A stretch of DNA of 64,000 nt, taken from contig UQVF01000002.1 of assembly GCA_900544365.1 (NCBI GenBank), forward strand, positions 612 to 64,611, in the 5' to 3' direction. Source of the DNA: an uncultured Veillonella sp. Its GTDB lineage: Bacteria; Bacillota; Negativicutes; Veillonellales; Veillonellaceae. Under the pieces are notes generated by a model that made no database searches, was not told the origin of the DNA, and worked only from the letters and a program-made list of their open reading frames with translations. Numbering within the stretch: the stretch's first letter is position 1; each line of letters begins with the position of its first letter. Position numbers and translations under genes: made by a program. Below are positions 60,916-64,000 of the stretch, one piece after another.

Positions 60916-61083
60916 ATGAAAGAAACCTATTGTGAATGGTGCGGAAGTGTACTTTTGGAAAACGGTCGTTGCCCTGTAGAAGACTGTGTACAAAATGTGT
61001 TGCTTGACGAATTGGCAAAAGCTGAAGAAGAGGACAAGCATAAATCAGAGGAAAAGAAAGATGAAGCTAATCAAACAGCATAA
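60916..61083 (+). CDS. 55-aa Cys-rich protein (not in ORF track)
   Basis: AGGAGG SD; MKETYCEWCGSVLLENGRCPVEDCVQ... Confidence 0.55.
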   Translation: MKETYCEWCGSVLLENGRCPVEDCVQNVLLDELAKAEEEDKHKSEEKKDEANQTA

Positions 61084-61405
61084 TTTTGTTATGGAGCAGG
61101 GCGTACCTTGCTCCTTTATCCTTGAATATAACAAGGAGGTACAGGCAGATGATCTATTCGCCGTTGTGCGTGTGCAAGCAAGCGATACGGATTACGTTGC
61201 AAGGTTCAACATTTCTAAAATTGAAAATCTATCAGAAGATGCTGTAACTACATTCAAGCTGACATTGGATGGAGATATTCCTCAAGGTCGCTACGTGTAT
61301 GATGTGTTTGTGTATGATAGTAATAACCGACCTAAAACGAAAATCTTAAAAGGTCATGTATTAGTCAAAGGCAGTGTATCAGATAGGGGGCGATTGAATG
61401 GATGA
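61061..61405 (+). CDS. Beta-sandwich accessory tail protein
   Basis: GRYVYDVFV...[12 protein letters not shown] pattern; precedes collagen-like gene. Confidence 0.55.
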   Translation: MKLIKQHNFVMEQGVPCSFILEYNKEVQADDLFAVVRVQASDTDYVARFNISKIENLSEDAVTTFKLTLDGDIPQGRYVYDVFVYDSNNRPKTKILKGHVLVKGSVSDRGRLNG

Positions 61406-62435
61406 CGTACGAATTATAGACGGTACTCCTATTGACGTTGTTAAAGTGAAAGACTACGGCGGAGGCATTGTTGGTCCTAAAGGTGCCAAGGGGGATACAG
61501 GTGAACGAGGACCGCAGGGAGAACAAGGACCTCAAGGATTGCGAGGCGAACGTGGAGAGCAAGGACCAGTAGGACCAATAGGTCCTAAGGGAGATATTGG
61601 CGAACGAGGCCCTAAGGGCGATGACGGTCCACAAGGCGAACAAGGACCACCAGGGGCGACAGGTCCTAAAGGAGATAAAGGGGAACCATTCCGATATTCC
61701 GACTTTACACCTGATCAACTGCAATCGTTGAAAGGGCCTAAAGGAGATATAGGACCACAAGGACCAACGGGCCCTGCTGGTACTAATGCAACACCTCAAA
61801 CCCTTTCATTCAACAACGGTCAGTTAAGCATTAGTGGTGGCAATACGGTTACCATCACTACCACATCAAGCGGTGGTAGTGATGTAGAACCTACGACTCA
61901 AAAAAAGTACGTGTACAAGACTCCCAAAGGGACGTCATGGATGAATGGTGAAAGCCACTTCTTATTTACACGAATTGGAAATACCGTTGTTGTTGGAGCT
62001 AAAGGCGACTCATGGGGCACCATTTCGATAACCCCACCAAATGACCAAAATTTTAATAGATTACCTAAGCGTGAGTCAGATGTCAATGGTCGTGGAGGGA
62101 CGTGGCTACTTGTGCAAAAGCCTAATTCTAATGGCACAGATTTTCAGGGGCATTCAATAATTCCACAAGGTTTTTTGCCTATAGGTTCAGTATATGCAGA
62201 TGTTGTTGATGACAACGGAATGCGAATAGGTTCCGTCATGTTCGGAGATAGGGACAACGAACGGCTTATCCGATTCCATTTTGACGGCAAAGGAACGCAA
62301 GCACGGAACGCAATCCCTACACAGCTATTGCGCTTAGGAGTATGTACTTGGGTAACGGAAGATGACCCTCCAACGCAAGCATTCAACAACGCAACGGAAG
62401 GTAATTTGACGATATCGACAATTAAGAAAGGCTAG
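61398..62435 (+). CDS. Collagen-like (Gly-X-Y) fibre protein
   Basis: Long GPKGDKG/GPQGEQG run followed by a globular C-terminus. Confidence 0.85.
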   Translation: MDDVRIIDGTPIDVVKVKDYGGGIVGPKGAKGDTGERGPQGEQGPQGLRGERGEQGPVGPIGPKGDIGERGPKGDDGPQGEQGPPGATGPKGDKGEPFRYSDFTPDQLQSLKGPKGDIGPQGPTGPAGTNATPQTLSFNNGQLSISGGNTVTITTTSSGGSDVEPTTQKKYVYKTPKGTSWMNGESHFLFTRIGNTVVVGAKGDSWGTISITPPNDQNFNRLPKRESDVNGRGGTWLLVQKPNSNGTDFQGHSIIPQGFLPIGSVYADVVDDNGMRIGSVMFGDRDNERLIRFHFDGKGTQARNAIPTQLLRLGVCTWVTEDDPPTQAFNNATEGNLTISTIKKG

Positions 62436-62447
62436 AGGGTAATATAT

Positions 62448-62999
62448 ATGAACCTAATCAATGAGATATTGTTGACATTGGTTAACGGAGTATCTCACGA
62501 GCATGTCGTAGACATGGGTGTAATTATCTTCCTAACTACGGCGTTGCTATTTGTGGATACCACCCAACGAGTGGCAACAGAAGTATTGAGATACAACAAG
62601 GATAATGACCGCCCCAATACGGCATTAAATCTTATCACTACACTAGTCTGGTATGGCTGGGGTAGGGGGAAGTATCTCAATAGTGAAACGAACGAAAGTA
62701 AACGGTATTTGATGAGTGAACGCCTACGTGGAGACTTACTTATTAAGCTATGCGTGCAGTACCCTGCATGGATGTTGTTATCCGTTATATTCGTATCCTT
62801 GCCAGATATTCAAATTCCAAATACGGAAATATACCTCGACCACCTATTCGCTTTCGTATTCATGTTGATACCATTCTTTTCAGAATGCTGGTCAATCATA
62901 GAGAATTTGCGTGAATTAGTTGAGGATGATTTAATCGACTTCAATGAGTTATATTTAAAGCTATTGGAGATTGTCCGAGCATGGAGGGGTAATGGTTAA
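62448..62999 (+). CDS. Holin-like membrane protein
   Basis: Several TM segments, ECWSIIENL motif; lysis module. Confidence 0.6.
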   Translation: MNLINEILLTLVNGVSHEHVVDMGVIIFLTTALLFVDTTQRVATEVLRYNKDNDRPNTALNLITTLVWYGWGRGKYLNSETNESKRYLMSERLRGDLLIKLCVQYPAWMLLSVIFVSLPDIQIPNTEIYLDHLFAFVFMLIPFFSECWSIIENLRELVEDDLIDFNELYLKLLEIVRAWRGNG

Positions 63000-63094
63000 C
63001 AAATAAGAGTTAATTAATAAGGCTAAGGATGTATTTCAAAATGCTCAAGAATGGCCTTATATGAATGCGGCCAACATATGAGATTGGAGATTTT

Positions 63095-63424
63095 ATGACA
63101 AAACAAGAATTAATTAACAAGGCTAAGGATGTATTTCAAAATATTCGAATAGCCAACATTCATCCGACGGGTGTGTTAGCGACACGATTGTTGGTGTTGG
63201 TAATGCTAGTACCAATATTGCTAGTAGTTGTTGAGTACGTGTTAGCCTTTACTAAAGGCAACGTATCCGATGACTTAGGTAAGCTAATTACGGTCGGTAT
63301 TAACATAATCGACCACATTTTCATTCCATCCGTATTAACCGCCCTAGTAGGATTCTTAGCACTATGGGTGGATAGAGACGGGGACGGAATCCCTGATCAA
63401 TTAGAAAAGGAGGACAAACGATGA
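63095..63424 (+). CDS. Two-TM membrane protein, possible holin
   Basis: Two hydrophobic helices, DRDGDGIPD tail; overlaps endolysin start. Confidence 0.6.
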   Translation: MTKQELINKAKDVFQNIRIANIHPTGVLATRLLVLVMLVPILLVVVEYVLAFTKGNVSDDLGKLITVGINIIDHIFIPSVLTALVGFLALWVDRDGDGIPDQLEKEDKR

Positions 63425-63948
63425 AAGTATTTATTAACCCTGGGCACGACCCTAGGGTAGATAGCGGGGCGGTAAACCCTACTTATGGAACAAAAGAATG
63501 TGACGTAGTACGAGAAGCAGGCGAAATGCTTGCTGACTATCTCACCAATGCAGGATGCGTGGTTCGTATTATGCAAGATGACAATTTAGTAATGGTTTGC
63601 GATGAGTCAAACGAATGGGGTGCCGATGTATTCGTATCCCTACATTGCAACGCATCGCAATCAAAATTGGCAGTAGGGACGGAAACCTACTACAAATCTT
63701 TTAATGGGCAACGGTTGGCTAATTACATTCAAAGCCAAATCATTCGGAGTGTGCAAACTACAGACCGAGGTGTAAAACCACCACCTCCAGGTGGCTTATA
63801 CGTACTAGGGGCCACTGATGCAGTTGCAGTACTTGTAGAGATGGCTTTTATTGACAATAACGATGACCTAGAATTACTTAATAATGACCTAGATAAAATA
63901 GTACGTGCGATTGCACGTGGCATCACTGATTACCAAGGAGGATATTGA
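63421..63948 (+). CDS. Endolysin, N-acetylmuramoyl-L-alanine amidase (Amidase_3)
   Basis: INPGH, E, FVSLHCNA, AVLVEMAFIDN. Confidence 0.92.
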   Translation: MKVFINPGHDPRVDSGAVNPTYGTKECDVVREAGEMLADYLTNAGCVVRIMQDDNLVMVCDESNEWGADVFVSLHCNASQSKLAVGTETYYKSFNGQRLANYIQSQIIRSVQTTDRGVKPPPPGGLYVLGATDAVAVLVEMAFIDNNDDLELLNNDLDKIVRAIARGITDYQGGY

Positions 63949-64000
63949 TGCATGATAAGCTTAAAACGTATTTCACTCGGTATTCTGGCACTGTGTATAT

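Larger units (their letters stand above)
24380..64000. mobile_element. Integrated temperate prophage with contractile (PBSX/xkd-like) tail; left boundary approximate, right end beyond window
   Basis: Canonical order: integrase, repressor/cro, recombination, replication, terminase, portal, capsid, sheath/tube, baseplate, fibre, lysis. Confidence 0.97.

Noticed and set aside
61470..61785. Repetitive GGA/GGT-rich DNA as a repeat array
   Set aside because: Explained by collagen Gly-X-Y coding

Overview
Two parts. 1-24.3 kb is host housekeeping DNA from a low-GC Firmicutes/Negativicutes (Veillonella-like; taxon inferred) chromosome: fur (partial), hemZ, hisS, aspS, 6S RNA, rarA, ftsK, rodZ-like, ygiQ, rimO, cinA, recA, recX, rny, dnaG, rpoD, two ABC binding proteins and a frameshifted ldh. 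From ~24.4 kb to the window end is a temperate prophage with a contractile PBSX/xkd-type tail, covering integration, immunity, recombination, replication, packaging, head, tail and lysis; attR lies beyond the window. Two systems stand out. (1) A cas-less CRISPR mini-array at 27410-27545 with its own promoter: two type III-like repeats and two spacers that match this prophage's own tail-sheath and head-closure genes (28/31 and 28/30 nt), antisense to the mRNAs. (2) A six-cassette tail-fibre shufflon at 58227-59547: six copies of an 11-bp CCAAGGGGGAA site, three per strand, next to a second tyrosine recombinase. Also found: a -1 tail-chaperone frameshift, an apparent TerS-TerL fusion, a ParB-DUF4417/MGGRG/JAB locus, decayed dUTPase and SSB genes, an ImmA-like ORF missing from the track, and repressor operators. 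All alignments were made by eye and no database searches were run.
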